This document shows, in pieces, positions 54,226-64,000 of a DNA stretch of 64,000 nt. The first letter of the stretch is position 1. Every line of letters begins with the position of its first letter. Source of the DNA: Saprospiraceae bacterium (GTDB lineage: Bacteria; Bacteroidota; Bacteroidia; Chitinophagales; Saprospiraceae); NCBI GenBank assembly GCA_022844265.1, contig JALHMA010000001.1, forward strand, positions 18,260-82,259, in the 5' to 3' direction. A program made the translations under genes and the position numbers. Below the pieces are notes generated by a model. It made no database searches. It was not told the origin of the DNA and saw only the letters and a program-made list of their open reading frames with translations.

Positions 54226-56994
54226 CTACGATTTCACAATCTTCCCCGATCGCTTCCAGCCTTTTCCACGGATATCATACACGTAAATCCCCGGCGGAAG
54301 CGCCTGCATATCAATCCGTTCGTTGTTTCCCTGCAAGGTATTTTGTTGCAGCATTTTTCCCTGTAAATCGAATAAACGCCAGATCGCGCCGCCTGCCTGT
54401 ACGCCTGTAATTTGGACGGTAGCGACATCGCGAACCGGGTTGGGGCGGCATTGCACCTGAATGGTATTCACCGGTTCGTTGTTGGCGGTAACAGGCAAAA
54501 CATTGCTGGAATACAAGCCATTGGCATGTGTCCCCACAACTACCAGGCCATCAGAAGCGCGTGTTTCCACGGCTTCCACCACCACGCGCCCGATGAGATC
54601 GGCGCCCTCCAGCACCCATTGGGTGCCCGGCACTGAATTGCTGACGTGCGACAACAGCGTGTCGGTGCTGTAAAGTCCCAGACTGGTGCCGCAGTAATAT
54701 TTGCGTTTGCCATCTGGTAGAGGCAAAATGGATACGGCACGTGTGGATGGGCCGGTTCCAATTCCGCTGACGCCCGGTTCCAGGTTTCCTCCCACTTTTA
54801 TCCAGCTCTGCCCGGCATTGGTGCTGTAAAAAAGGCTGTAAACATTGTAGTTGGAGTAGGCAACCAGGACGTGGTCAGCATTTTCAGGGTCGACGGCAAT
54901 GCTGGAGACATAGGTAGTATTGAGTACGGCGGGATTGGCCAGAGGCACCCAGGAGGGCGTACCCGTATTGGCATTATCAATGCGATACAGACCTCTTCTG
55001 CTGGTGCCGAAATACACGCGGTGTGCAGGATTGGCTTGCGACACTGCAATAGCCGAGATCACATTGGGATTGCCGCTGGTACTGGCAAGCAGCGTATCGG
55101 GGAAGGCCATCCAGCCCTGGGCAATGGAATCCCATTCGCCGGTCAACTGAATGCTGCCCAGCGCGTTTTGCCGGTACAGGCGCCGTTGTGCAGGCAGGTA
55201 CAATACTTCGGGATCATTCGGGTCGGTGGCCAGTGGATTGATAAACAGGTAGTCGTCTTTTTTGGGCCCGATCGGGTCAATGCGCCGGAAGGCCGTTACA
55301 TTTCCCGCATCATCAATGGCCACTTTGGCTACCCGGCCCTGTTGGATGGAAAGAATGTAAAAAGACTTGTCCGGCCCAATAGCCCCGTAGGAACCGTCTC
55401 CGTTGACGGTTTGTACCCAGGTTGCCGTCGGGTCGTCGCTGTTGCCAAAGAAATTCCCATTGTCCTGCAGACCGGTTACAATCGTAGGGTCGTTAGCGGC
55501 ATTTTTGTCAATAATAACGGTGTAGCACTGTGTGGTGCGGTAGCCGTTGTTCAGCGATGTCCAGACGACCTCAGGCGCGCCGGCGTCATCCGTGCGGTGT
55601 ATGCCTCCGTCGCTGCCTGTCAGCATCACATTCGGGTTGGAAGGCAGGAACAACAAATCGTGCTGGTCGGGGTGGTGGTTGGGGTAAATTTCAAAAAATG
55701 GCAGGTAAGTGCCCGGTTTGTACCCGCCGATATGTGTGCTGTTGTTGGGACTGGAAAATCCGTCGGTGGAACGGTACAGGTTGGTGCCGCCCACAAAAAC
55801 ATGGTTGGTGCCAGGTTGTACTTTTACCACCAGGTCGTAACCTCCCTGCGCTGCAAAACGGTCGAATTCGGTGCCGATATTGGGAAGATTCGCCGAAAGG
55901 TTTTCCCATTGGCCGCCGGAACCGCTGCCGGTTCCACTCAGGTAGGTGTATTTCCAAAGGCTGGTCCAGTCGTTGCTTCCTAAATATTCATTGAAATGAC
56001 CGGCGCCGGGCGTGGAGCCTAGAAAGTACACTTCATTTTCATTGTTCGGGTTGATACCGATCACAAAACGCTCGAATACCGCTGGAAAACCGGCGCTGGT
56101 ATCCGGGTTTATTTTTGCCCAGCCGGTACCGGTTTGACTTCTCCATAAACCGCCGTTTACACCATCGCTGCTCATGGTGGCATATAATACGCCTGACTGA
56201 CTGACCGCCACATCCGAAGCATAAGAACTGGAGGAATTGAGCGTTACCGACCAGGTGCTTCCACCATTTGTACTTCTGTAAATGGTACCGTAGGTGGCAG
56301 CATACACTTCATCCAGCGTTGCGGCAGGATTGGTGGCAATACGCCAGCAGCCTTGCCAGAATTCCGTAAAATCTTCCAGGTTGCCATTGTCAGTTGTGCC
56401 CAGTGGCGTCCAGTTCAGTCCGCCGTCGATGCTTTTAAATGCGCCGTCGCCGAGATAGTACGCCCCGGTTGCACCTGCGCTGTTGCCGTATAGTTCGCCG
56501 GTAAGATAATACCAGGTGTCCGTATGACCGGGCCGCGTGTCCTGCGCAATACTCACACAACTGGGGTGGGCATTTAGAGGTGTGCGCCGCGACCAGCTCT
56601 GGCCGCCGTCTTCACTGAGCCAGATACCACCTGAAACGCCGCCTGCGATAATCCTGTTTTCATTGGTCACATCCACCGCAAGGGCGCGGGTGCGCCCGCC
56701 GATATTCCAGGGCCCGCGCGATTCCCAGTCCGGGCCGGATCGCTCGCTGGCGGCCATGGGCAGTTGGGCTGCAAAGAGGCGCTCCCGAAAAGAAATGCCT
56801 ACAGGAATTTGCCCGGTTTCCGGGTCGGCCAATCGCATACGTTCCCATTCCCGGCGCAAGGACTTGTTTTCTTCAGCGCCGCCTCCACCGGGTATTACAC
56901 GATTGCCGGAAGGTGTTTGAGGCATGTTAAGGATAAAAAAAAGGCCTGCTCCAAGGCATAGCAACAGGGCAACAGCGGGTATCGCTTTTTTCAT
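54226..56994 (-). CDS. BNR/Asp-box (sortilin/VPS10- or GH74-like) beta-propeller protein with T9SS C-terminal domain
   Basis: It has multiple S-x-D/N-x-G-x-x-W boxes (SEDGGQSWS, SIDGGLNWT, STNGGSTWS, STNAGQSWI). The C-terminus VQCRPNPVRDVATVQI...GIYVYDIRGKGWKRSGKIVKS is a Por CTD. The start is trimmed to MKKAIPAVALLL. Confidence 0.75.
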   Translation of the reverse strand: MKKAIPAVALLLCLGAGLFFILNMPQTPSGNRVIPGGGGAEENKSLRREWERMRLADPETGQIPVGISFRERLFAAQLPMAASERSGPDWESRGPWNIGGRTRALAVDVTNENRIIAGGVSGGIWLSEDGGQSWSRRTPLNAHPSCVSIAQDTRPGHTDTWYYLTGELYGNSAGATGAYYLGDGAFKSIDGGLNWTPLGTTDNGNLEDFTEFWQGCWRIATNPAATLDEVYAATYGTIYRSTNGGSTWSVTLNSSSSYASDVAVSQSGVLYATMSSDGVNGGLWRSQTGTGWAKINPDTSAGFPAVFERFVIGINPNNENEVYFLGSTPGAGHFNEYLGSNDWTSLWKYTYLSGTGSGSGGQWENLSANLPNIGTEFDRFAAQGGYDLVVKVQPGTNHVFVGGTNLYRSTDGFSSPNNSTHIGGYKPGTYLPFFEIYPNHHPDQHDLLFLPSNPNVMLTGSDGGIHRTDDAGAPEVVWTSLNNGYRTTQCYTVIIDKNAANDPTIVTGLQDNGNFFGNSDDPTATWVQTVNGDGSYGAIGPDKSFYILSIQQGRVAKVAIDDAGNVTAFRRIDPIGPKKDDYLFINPLATDPNDPEVLYLPAQRRLYRQNALGSIQLTGEWDSIAQGWMAFPDTLLASTSGNPNVISAIAVSQANPAHRVYFGTSRRGLYRIDNANTGTPSWVPLANPAVLNTTYVSSIAVDPENADHVLVAYSNYNVYSLFYSTNAGQSWIKVGGNLEPGVSGIGTGPSTRAVSILPLPDGKRKYYCGTSLGLYSTDTLLSHVSNSVPGTQWVLEGADLIGRVVVEAVETRASDGLVVVGTHANGLYSSNVLPVTANNEPVNTIQVQCRPNPVRDVATVQITGVQAGGAIWRLFDLQGKMLQQNTLQGNNERIDMQALPPGIYVYDIRGKGWKRSGKIVKS

Positions 56995-57191
56995 AAACGG
57001 ACAATTTGGAGGCAAGATAGTGCGCCTGTGCACACTATGGGGCAATTGATTTTGTCGCAAACAATCCTTCCTTAAATATTTTTAAAACTATTTGTTGTAA
57101 TTAATATACAAAATGTTTTACTTTGTCCCGTCAATGGAATTTTAAACATCACCAGCCACACAAATTATTTACCACTAACCATTTTCAATAT

Positions 57192-58013
57192 ATGGCACGT
57201 TTGCAACAAGTCCGCACCACTTACAACAGCAGCAGGGTGGCCACGACCGAATCTGCTGCCGGCGAATGGATACAGGAGCCGGTTTTATGGAAATTGGTCG
57301 TCATTACCGCACTGGCATATTTGCTATGGAGCGATAAAATTTCCATCGTACTGGGACCCATCTCCGATGAAAACACGGTATCGACTTCCCAGGCCGTGCG
57401 GGCTAATTTTCTGGATATGGCGGTTGCGCAACATCCGCAGAAACGTTTAAAAAAACAGGAATTTCAGGTCGAATTGGCCCCGGGAACATTGAATAACACC
57501 ACGTTTTCCATCGATCCGGCGTACGCAAAACGGCATACTGTAGCTGCAAAAGAAGTGGCTGACCGCCAGTTGAGGTGCCGCGATTACGTGGAGCGGTTTG
57601 CGCCTATTGCCCGGGCTGAAATGCGAAAATTTGGTATTCCTGCCAGTATTATCCTGGCGCAGGGGCTGCTGGAGAGCAATGCAGGCGAAAGCGAGTTGTC
57701 GCGCACTACGAACAACCATTTTGGCATGAAATGTTTTTCAAAACGATGTAAACGGGGACATTGCGCCAATTTTTCCGATGATTCGCACAAAGACTTTTTT
57801 GTCAAATACGGGAATGCCTGGGGCAGTTATCGGGCGCATTCCGAGTTTTTGAAGAAAACCAAACGGTATCGCTCGCTTTTTCAACTGGAGCCGACCGATT
57901 ATCGGAACTGGGCAATTGGATTGGAGCAATCCGGCTATGCGACGGATAAACAATATGCGGAGAAACTGATGGCGCTGGTTCAGTCGCTGGGATTGGATCG
58001 CTTTGATGGGTAA
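57192..58013 (+). CDS. Glucosaminidase-domain (FlgJ-like) peptidoglycan hydrolase, membrane-anchored
   Basis: It contains PASIILAQGLLESNAGESELSRTTNNHFGMKC and GYATDKQYAEKL, plus one TM helix near the N-terminus. The start is trimmed to MARLQQV. Confidence 0.7.
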   Translation: MARLQQVRTTYNSSRVATTESAAGEWIQEPVLWKLVVITALAYLLWSDKISIVLGPISDENTVSTSQAVRANFLDMAVAQHPQKRLKKQEFQVELAPGTLNNTTFSIDPAYAKRHTVAAKEVADRQLRCRDYVERFAPIARAEMRKFGIPASIILAQGLLESNAGESELSRTTNNHFGMKCFSKRCKRGHCANFSDDSHKDFFVKYGNAWGSYRAHSEFLKKTKRYRSLFQLEPTDYRNWAIGLEQSGYATDKQYAEKLMALVQSLGLDRFDG

Positions 58014-58066
58014 GTGCGAAGTCGACAGTGCGAAGTCACCACATCAGTGTGGGATCGGTTTAAGTA

Positions 58067-58179
58067 GGGTTTATAAGTTTATGGGTTTATGAGTTTATAA
58101 AAGCCACTCGATGAGGGAGACAATATCTCACTATCCGAGTGGCTTTTATAAACTCATAAACCCATAAACTTATAAACCC
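58067..58179. repeat. GTTTATAA-family hairpin: perfect 44-bp stem, 25-nt loop
   Basis: I checked that 58067-58110 is the exact reverse complement of 58136-58179. It lies between the convergent glucosaminidase and secG genes. It shares the words tttatgggttta, gtttataaa and ccactcgat/cgagtggct with 30904-31030. Confidence 0.95.
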
Positions 58180-58193
58180 CCAAAAAAGGATTC

Positions 58194-58460
58194 TTATTGA
58201 GATTGGAGCGGAATTTCTGCGCCGCCTGTTGCGCCACCACCCACAGTGAGTGCTGCTACAACACAAAGGATCAGAAGGGTAGCGCCTAAAACCCATGTTG
58301 CTTTTTCAACAAAGTCAGTAGAACGCGCTGCGCCGAAAAGCTGCTGGGCCTGGCCGCCAAAATTGGGATCAATACCGCCGCCTTTAGAATTTTGGATCAA
58401 TATAACTGCAATCAAAAGAACGCTCACGATGGCAATCAGTACCGCAAAAGTGGATAACAT
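58194..58460 (-). CDS. secG: Preprotein translocase subunit SecG
   Basis: It begins MLSTFAVLIAIVSVLLIAVILIQNSKGGGI. It is 88 aa with two TM helices. Confidence 0.85.
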   Translation of the reverse strand: MLSTFAVLIAIVSVLLIAVILIQNSKGGGIDPNFGGQAQQLFGAARSTDFVEKATWVLGATLLILCVVAALTVGGGATGGAEIPLQSQ

Positions 58461-58465
58461 GTTGT

Positions 58466-59263
58466 CTAATTTTTAAGTTTTTCAATTTCGGCGGCAAAGT
58501 ACGCACTTTTTTCGGGAAACGCCAAACATAGTCGTTCGTACATTAAAATGGCCTTCTCTTTGTAGCCCTGTTTCACCAATAATTTTGCAAGTGTTTCTGA
58601 AATCACGTCCCTGTTTTCAGATACGCTGCGTTCCGCCAATTGCTGTGCGATGCCTTTTTCTGCGGGCAGGGCAGGGGCTTTCGAGGTTTTTGGCAATGGC
58701 GCCTGTTCGGTTTGTGGTTTTCTGGGTTCCAATACCGGCGGCTGAAAACGATTTACCCAGTCTGCAAAAGGTTCCGGCACCGTTTTTTGAACAGGCGGCG
58801 GCGGGGTTGTCATGCGGATTTCCGGTATATCGGTACTGCTTTCGGCAACTGGTGTTTTTTCTTTTTCAGTTGATTCTGCCGGTGGAGCGGTCATCGCAGC
58901 AGCTGCCGCTACTTCCGTCTGTTTTTCTTCCCTGGGAACCGGGCTGAGCGCTTCCAGTTCCTGGCGAACCGTTTCAATCGGCTTGAGTTCGAGCACCTCT
59001 TCTTTTTCCAGCATTTTTTGAGGTACAATGGCCTTCGGCGCCATGAGCACAAAAAGTTGCGTGCGATCGAGGCTATACATGGCCGCTGCGTTCAGGGTAC
59101 GGGCTGCTTCCGGGTGTTCTATTTTATCCGCCTTCAAGGCAAGCAGGTAGCGCAGGTTATGGGCATAAGGATAAGCCAGTGCAAGCGTTTTGAGTTCCTC
59201 ATAGGAAATATTCGCCAGCAGTTCCGGGTCGTTAAGTATGCGAAAAAAGCGTTCCTGAGTCAT
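58466..59263 (-). CDS. Uncharacterised protein (Pro/Glu-rich middle, TPR-like C-terminus)
   Basis: The ORF is 265 aa and lies 5 nt upstream of secG. The C-terminus reads [35 protein letters not shown]. No family name can be assigned from sequence alone. Confidence 0.5.
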   Translation of the reverse strand: MTQERFFRILNDPELLANISYEELKTLALAYPYAHNLRYLLALKADKIEHPEAARTLNAAAMYSLDRTQLFVLMAPKAIVPQKMLEKEEVLELKPIETVRQELEALSPVPREEKQTEVAAAAAMTAPPAESTEKEKTPVAESSTDIPEIRMTTPPPPVQKTVPEPFADWVNRFQPPVLEPRKPQTEQAPLPKTSKAPALPAEKGIAQQLAERSVSENRDVISETLAKLLVKQGYKEKAILMYERLCLAFPEKSAYFAAEIEKLKN

Positions 59264-59356
59264 GTGTAAGGTGTTTGGTGTTTCGTTTTTGGTGTTTCAT
59301 ATCCGGAATGCTCAAAGCAACGCAGCCCAAACCCCAAACACCAAAAACCAGACACC
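59264..59356. repeat. Degenerate GTGTTTGG-family element
   Basis: ggtgtttggtgtttcgtttttggtgttt partially pairs with aaaccccaaacaccaaaaaccagacacc. It fills the lptE-like|hypothetical junction. Confidence 0.6.
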
Positions 59357-59364
59357 CAAAAATA

Positions 59365-59862
59365 CTACCAGTCATTAAAAGCTGCATTAAAAATATCTTC
59401 CAGCAATTGATCGCCGATCTGCCGAACCAGTTGGTCCTGCACCGTCAGTAAATCGGTCGAATTGGAAAATTCAGCGAAGTGACTGAAATCGCGCTCATTG
59501 GGCCAGCCTTTTTTTTCATTTTTATTATTGATAAAACCGACACGCATCCTGATTTCCAGGCGGTTAAGCGAAATCTGTTCGCCCGGTTTCGGCGCTACCG
59601 GTATCACGCGAAAGTCTGTTATTTTACCTGTAAACTCAACATCCGCTTCGGTGGTATTGAGTTGCAGACGCGTTTCGGAACGGACTTTATCTTTGATGCG
59701 CTCTCCAAAATCCAGGCCCAGCGTAGGCGGCGCATTGGCGGCAATGGTCTCAAAATTGCGCACGTAAAATGTATTTACGTCAGGATCGATGGAGATGCCT
59801 TTGAAGGAATAACAACCGAGTGTCGACAGGACAAACAAAAGCAGAAAAACACGAAGTATCAT
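59365..59862 (-). CDS. LptE-like LPS-assembly lipoprotein
   Basis: It has a lipobox LSTLGC, is 165 aa, and sits in the gene order lptE-hypothetical-secG. The assignment rests partly on that context. Confidence 0.5.
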   Translation of the reverse strand: MILRVFLLLFVLSTLGCYSFKGISIDPDVNTFYVRNFETIAANAPPTLGLDFGERIKDKVRSETRLQLNTTEADVEFTGKITDFRVIPVAPKPGEQISLNRLEIRMRVGFINNKNEKKGWPNERDFSHFAEFSNSTDLLTVQDQLVRQIGDQLLEDIFNAAFNDW

Positions 59863-59938
59863 GGGCGCAATTTTTTCCTGGAGAACGTTTTGAGGGCTGT
59901 TTATGATGCTTTTTAAGGCAAATGTAATTCCTTCCTCC

Positions 59939-61477
59939 TTATTCCCACTCGATGGTAGCGGGCGGTTTGGTGGAAATATCGAATACGACCCGGTTGATCC
60001 CTTTTACGTTATTGATGATTTCACTGCTTACTTCAGCCAGGAAATCATAAGGCAATCTGCTCCATTCAGCCGTCATGCCATCGGTGGAGCTCACGGCGCG
60101 CAGCGCAATGGCTTGTTCGTAGGTGCGCTCGTCGCCCATCACACCCACAGAGTAGATGGGTAACAGGATAGCGCCGGCCTGCCAGACTTCTTCATACAAG
60201 CCCTGTTCGCGCAGTTTATTGATAAAAATGGCGTCTGCTTCCTGTAACAGACTTACTTTTTCAGGTGTGATATCGCCCAAAATACGAATGCCCAGACCCG
60301 GCCCCGGGAAAGGGTGGCGGTTCAGAATATCGGTGGGTACTTCCAGTTCTTTCCCGACCCGCCGCACCTCGTCTTTAAACAACATACGGAGCGGCTCCAC
60401 GATTTTGAGTTTTAGTTTTTCCGGTAGCCCGCCCACATTGTGGTGGCTTTTGATGGTCACGGAAGGGCCGTGTACGCTGACAGACTCAATAACGTCGGGA
60501 TAAATAGTGCCCTGTCCCAGCCAGGCCGCTTCGGGGTGCGCCACCGACTCTTCTTCAAAAATATCAATGAAGGCCTTGCCGATAATTTTGCGCTTTTTCT
60601 CCGGGTCGCTTTCTCCGGCCAGGGCATCCCAGAAACGCTTCCGGGCATCCACGCCTTCGATGTTCAGCCCCATATTTTTGTAGGAATCCAGCACTTGCGC
60701 ATACTCGTTTTTGCGCAGCAAGCCATTGTCTACAAAGAAACAAAACAATTGTTTGCCGATAGCGCGGTGGAGCAGGGTAGCGGCCACCGTAGAATCGACC
60801 CCGCCGGACAATGCCATGATTACCTTTTCATGGCCAATTTGTTCGCGCAGCTGCGATATAGTACCTTCTACAAAATGCGCCGGCGTCCAGTCGCCCGCAC
60901 ATCCGCAAATATCGTGTACAAAGTTCTTTAATATTTCAAAGCCTTCGAGGCTGTGGTACACTTCGGGGTGAAACTGAATGCCGTAAACCGGATGTTGGAA
61001 ACGATCCGTTTTCGACCGGAATGCCGCGTAAGGAATGGTATCGGAATTACCCAGGACTTCAAAACCTTCCGGCAGGCGGACAATCGTATCGCTGTGGCTC
61101 ATCCATACTTGCGAGCGTTTGGAAATACCTGCAAAAAACGGGTCGTTCGGAGCATGGTGTTGCAGCATTATTTTTCCATACTCCCGCTTTTCGGAGCGCC
61201 CGACTTCGCCGCCGTAAAAATCGGCGGTAAGTTGCGCTCCGTAACAGATTCCCAGCATCGGTTTGTGACCGGCTATCAAATCCAGGTCAATACGCAGCGC
61301 ATCGGGCTGACGAACGGAAAATGGACTTCCTGATAATATAACACCCTGAACGTCAGGTGTTAATGCAGAAATTTTATGGTAAGGAACAATTTCGCAGTAA
61401 ACGTTCATTTCCCGAATTCTGCGGGCAATCAACTGGGTGTACTGGGAACCAAAATCAAGAATAAGGATTTTTTGCAT
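59939..61477 (-). CDS. guaA: GMP synthase (glutamine-hydrolysing)
   Basis: It begins [23 protein letters not shown] and contains [16 protein letters not shown] and the C-terminus KPPATIEWE. The start is trimmed from the track ORF. Confidence 0.95.
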   Translation of the reverse strand: MQKILILDFGSQYTQLIARRIREMNVYCEIVPYHKISALTPDVQGVILSGSPFSVRQPDALRIDLDLIAGHKPMLGICYGAQLTADFYGGEVGRSEKREYGKIMLQHHAPNDPFFAGISKRSQVWMSHSDTIVRLPEGFEVLGNSDTIPYAAFRSKTDRFQHPVYGIQFHPEVYHSLEGFEILKNFVHDICGCAGDWTPAHFVEGTISQLREQIGHEKVIMALSGGVDSTVAATLLHRAIGKQLFCFFVDNGLLRKNEYAQVLDSYKNMGLNIEGVDARKRFWDALAGESDPEKKRKIIGKAFIDIFEEESVAHPEAAWLGQGTIYPDVIESVSVHGPSVTIKSHHNVGGLPEKLKLKIVEPLRMLFKDEVRRVGKELEVPTDILNRHPFPGPGLGIRILGDITPEKVSLLQEADAIFINKLREQGLYEEVWQAGAILLPIYSVGVMGDERTYEQAIALRAVSSTDGMTAEWSRLPYDFLAEVSSEIINNVKGINRVVFDISTKPPATIEWE

Positions 61478-61693
61478 GAATAATATTGTTGGTCTGTAAG
61501 CAGATGCGCATTTTGCTTTTTGCAATTTTGCACTTTTACTTATCGGTCAGACGTATACGCAGGAAATTTATGTAACAACAGGATGAAAGTGCAAAGGTAG
61601 GGAAAGCGATGCTGCCAAAGGAGTGTGTCTGAAAAATGTTCACTAGTGTGGCATTTCCCTCATTTTGTATCTTTACGCCAACATAAGAAAAGG

Positions 61694-61764
61694 GCAAAAT
61701 TGCAAAGCGCAAAAAGCAATGTAACGCATTGATTTGCATTGCTTTTTGCGCTTTACAATTTTGC
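61694..61764. repeat. 28-nt-arm hairpin in the guaA/cysM divergent region
   Basis: gcaaaattgcaaagcgcaaaaagcaatg (61694-61721) pairs with cattgctttttgcgctttacaattttgc (61737-61764) with one mismatch. A T-rich tail follows. It ends 20 nt before the cysM ATG. A partial third copy lies at about 61507-61535. Confidence 0.8.
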
Positions 61765-61784
61765 TCTTTTATTTACCTTGACAC

Positions 61785-62669
61785 ATGGCAACGATCAGCG
61801 ACATTATTGGAAACACCCCTTTGGTGGAAATACGGCATTCGGTACAAAAACCAGGCGTAAAAATATTCGGGAAACTGGAAGGGCAAAACCCCGGCGGAAG
61901 CGTGAAGGACAGGGCCGCTTACGGTATGATAAAGGGCGCACTGGAACGGGGTGATTTAAGACCCGGCATGAAACTCATTGAAGCGACCAGCGGCAATACA
62001 GGTATTGCGCTGGCCATGATTGCGCGGCTTTTTGGCGTCGAAATCACACTCATCATGCCTGATAACTCAACGGAAGAACGCGTGCAGACGATGGAAGCGT
62101 ACGGCGCGGAGGTAATCTTAACCCCAGCTGTCCAAACCATTGAATATTCCAGGGAATTGGCCGAAAGCATGGCCGAGAAAGGAGATTATCTGTTGCTCAA
62201 TCAATTTGCCAATCCGGACAACTGGCGGGCACATTATGCCACTACCGGTCCGGAAATCTGGCGGGATACAGCCGGCGCCATTACCCATTTTGTGTCATCT
62301 ATGGGCACTACCGGCACCATCATGGGTGTGTCACGGTATTTAAAAGAACAAAATCCGCAGGTGCAAATCGTAGGCGTTCAACCCACGGATGGTTCCAATA
62401 TTCCCGGTATCCGGCGTTGGTCGCCGGCCTATTTGCCCAAAATATTTGAACCTGCCCGTGTGGATACCGTCATCGACGTATCGCTGGATGAAGCGACCGG
62501 GATGATGCGGCGTTTAGCACGGGAAGACGCTGTGTTCGCAGGCGTCAGCAGCGGCGGCGCTGTTGCGGCAGTTGGGAAACTGGTGGAAGGTCTGGAGGAA
62601 GGTATCGTCGTGTGTATTATCTGCGACCGGGGCGACCGATATTTATCCTCCGGTGTCTTTGGAAAATAA
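61785..62669 (+). CDS. cysM: Cysteine synthase (O-acetylserine sulfhydrylase, CysM-like)
   Basis: It contains IGNTPLVEI, KLEGQNPGGSVKDRAA (PLP lysine) and IEATSGNTGIALAM. The CysM versus CysK assignment is tentative. Confidence 0.85.
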   Translation: MATISDIIGNTPLVEIRHSVQKPGVKIFGKLEGQNPGGSVKDRAAYGMIKGALERGDLRPGMKLIEATSGNTGIALAMIARLFGVEITLIMPDNSTEERVQTMEAYGAEVILTPAVQTIEYSRELAESMAEKGDYLLLNQFANPDNWRAHYATTGPEIWRDTAGAITHFVSSMGTTGTIMGVSRYLKEQNPQVQIVGVQPTDGSNIPGIRRWSPAYLPKIFEPARVDTVIDVSLDEATGMMRRLAREDAVFAGVSSGGAVAAVGKLVEGLEEGIVVCIICDRGDRYLSSGVFGK

Positions 62670-62670
62670 A

Positions 62671-62691
62671 AGGCCGCTTTTAGCGGGGCCT
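62671..62691 (+). terminator. Weak terminator-like hairpin after cysM
   Basis: The stem pairs aggccgc with gcggggcct (with a bulge) and is followed by a T-rich gcggtttgctttgg. Confidence 0.4.
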
Positions 62692-62775
62692 GCGGTTTGC
62701 TTTGGAAAATCATTTGTACTTTTGCTTAGCCTCCCAGCTGATCCACGAACCGTCACGTCAACTACCCACCGCTCT

Positions 62776-64000
62776 ATGTTCCGTCATCTTGCAGGCTGCC
62801 TATTCTTTGCAATTCTGTGTGCCAGGGCTAATGCACAATGCCCTATCAGTGTTTCAGCCGGGCCTGATATTGTGCGATGCACTTCGCCGGCCTCCGTCCA
62901 ACTATCAGGTAATATCACAGGGAGTCACCTTGGCTTTACCTGGTCGCCCACAACCGGAATGACGGGAAGTAATACCTTAAATCCGACGGTTAATGTATCA
63001 CAGACAACAAATTATATATTAACGGCTACGGCGCTGGATGCTTCGACCAACCTCATTGTCAACGGCAATTTTGAGCAGGGTACAACCGGATTTACCAACG
63101 ATTATATACATAATCCGGGTGACCTCTGGCCGGAAGGCGTGTATGACGTACTGACCAATCCGAACGCCGCTCACCCCAATTTTCCCAACTGTGGCGACCA
63201 TACCAGCGGCTCAGGGAATATGTTGGCTGTCAATGGATCCAGTACGCCAGGCGTGGATGTGTGGTGCCAAACGGTCAGCGTTTCTCCGAATACACAATAT
63301 GTTTTTACCGCCTGGGCAACTTCTTTGGTCGCATCTTCTCCTGCCCGACTGCAATTTTCTATTAACGGGGCCACGCTTGGTACTATTTTTAATGTTTCCC
63401 CCCAGACCTGTAACTGGCAAAATTTCTATGCCGTCTGGAACAGCGGCGCCTCTACCACCGCAAATATTTGTATCGTCAATCAGAATACGGCGCAGAGTGG
63501 CAATGACTTTGCCGTAGACGATATTGTATTTTCACCTACCTGTCGGGTTTCCGATACCGTTCGGGTGGAGGTTGTGAACGTGCGGGCCATGGCGCCAACG
63601 CCCAATGTTTTTCTTCCCTGCATTGGCGGTACCATTACTTTAAGTGGAGCAGGTTCTACAGTCGGCCCTGGCGTTACCTATCAATGGCAAACATCAGACG
63701 GTAATATTGTCTCCGGGGCGAATACCCTGAATCCGGTGGTCAACAGCACAGGTTCGTATATATTGACGGTCAGAATGGTAACGCCCAGCGGGGTAATTTG
63801 CGAACAATCCGCTACGGTCAATGTGTTTTTCCCGTCTAATCCACTGACTGCCATTATTTTGTCGCCGCCGCAACTCAGTTGTGGTGTGCCTACCGTCACT
63901 TTAATTGGCAATGCCACGCCCAGCCTGGCAAACCTGGTTTATCAATGGTCCGTAATGACGACCGGAAATATTGTAGGCAGTACAACAAACAAAAACGCTA
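62776..64000 (+). CDS. Large secreted cell-surface protein (Ig-like/PKD-like repeats plus CBM-like jelly-roll), N-terminal part; runs off the right edge
   Basis: Absent from the ORF track because it has no stop. My translation begins MFRHLAGCLFFAILCARANAQCPISVSAGPDIV. It continues through NGNFEQGTTGFTNDY...GNMLAVNGS...NDFAVDDIVFSP (CBM-like). Repeated G-x-x-Y-x-W-x-...-N-x-L-N-P-x-V modules are typical of gliding/T9SS giant adhesins. Confidence 0.7.
   Translation, partial: MFRHLAGCLFFAILCARANAQCPISVSAGPDIVRCTSPASVQLSGNITGSHLGFTWSPTTGMTGSNTLNPTVNVSQTTNYILTATALDASTNLIVNGNFEQGTTGFTNDYIHNPGDLWPEGVYDVLTNPNAAHPNFPNCGDHTSGSGNMLAVNGSSTPGVDVWCQTVSVSPNTQYVFTAWATSLVASSPARLQFSINGATLGTIFNVSPQTCNWQNFYAVWNSGASTTANICIVNQNTAQSGNDFAVDDIVFSPTCRVSDTVRVEVVNVRAMAPTPNVFLPCIGGTITLSGAGSTVGPGVTYQWQTSDGNIVSGANTLNPVVNSTGSYILTVRMVTPSGVICEQSATVNVFFPSNPLTAIILSPPQLSCGVPTVTLIGNATPSLANLVYQWSVMTTGNIVGSTTNKNA

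Noticed and set aside
54871-55983. A 370-aa ORF antisense to the BNR/T9SS protein. Other long antisense ORFs are 49778-50737, 48125-48877, 6058-6774, 14919-15596, 11992-12678 and 23235-23903.
   Set aside because: The sense-strand genes have clear family motifs. The antisense products are low-complexity and Arg/Gly/Val-rich, typical of stop-codon-poor antisense frames. 49778-50737 even spans an intergenic gap between two well-supported plus-strand genes.
61478-61700. A possible purine riboswitch upstream of guaA, or a sulfur/SAM riboswitch upstream of cysM
   Set aside because: I could not find the conserved purine-riboswitch junction or loop sequences, or any SAM-family core, on either strand by eye. 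An Infernal scan would be needed to overturn this.
1-64000. Mobile genetic element, prophage, defence island or biosynthetic gene cluster
   Set aside because: I could recognise no integrase, transposase, recombinase, phage structural gene, restriction/Cas/ATPase-nuclease defence gene, or PKS/NRPS/RiPP-maturase signature in any frame. The only accessory-looking stretch is the AT-rich 26.1-28.5 kb interval.

Overview
This is a 64-kb chromosomal segment from a Bacteroidota genome. The phylum call rests on T9SS C-terminal sorting domains, several TonB-dependent receptors, DUF5683, TAnnTTTG-type -7 boxes and the absence of Shine-Dalgarno sequences. A Saprospiria/Chitinophagia-like lineage is only an inference. 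I call about 51 protein genes. I saw no rRNA, tRNA, CRISPR array, transposase, integrase or phage genes. Left to right the content is: a Rieske protein fragment, gamma-glutamyltranspeptidase, two PAP2/vanadium-haloperoxidase-like paralogs flanking a two-component system, and a MORN protein plus TonB receptor. Next comes a complete L-arabinose utilisation cluster: Nudix-type AraR-like regulator, GH51, araA, araB, GH51 abfA, araD, SSS transporter and galM. Housekeeping and envelope genes follow: rhomboid, MsbA-like ABC, hemF, dapF, htrA, mscL, mtgA, secG, lptE-like, guaA and cysM. Also present are a GH20 hexosaminidase, a flavin reductase/DUF2256/photolyase-like trio and several T9SS cargo proteins. 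The most unusual signal is non-coding. About 19 gene junctions are filled by long (roughly 60-200 nt) hairpins whose arms are tandem 6-8 nt words. Several belong to dispersed repeat families, and some show unequal word copy number between arms. Other items worth a look are a photolyase-like protein lacking the Fe-S cysteines and translationally coupled to a Cys4 mini-protein absent from the ORF track, an AT-rich island with two uncharacterised divergent genes, an intergenic octamer microsatellite, imperfect inverted repeats bracketing one gene, and a candidate 19-bp AraR operator pair.
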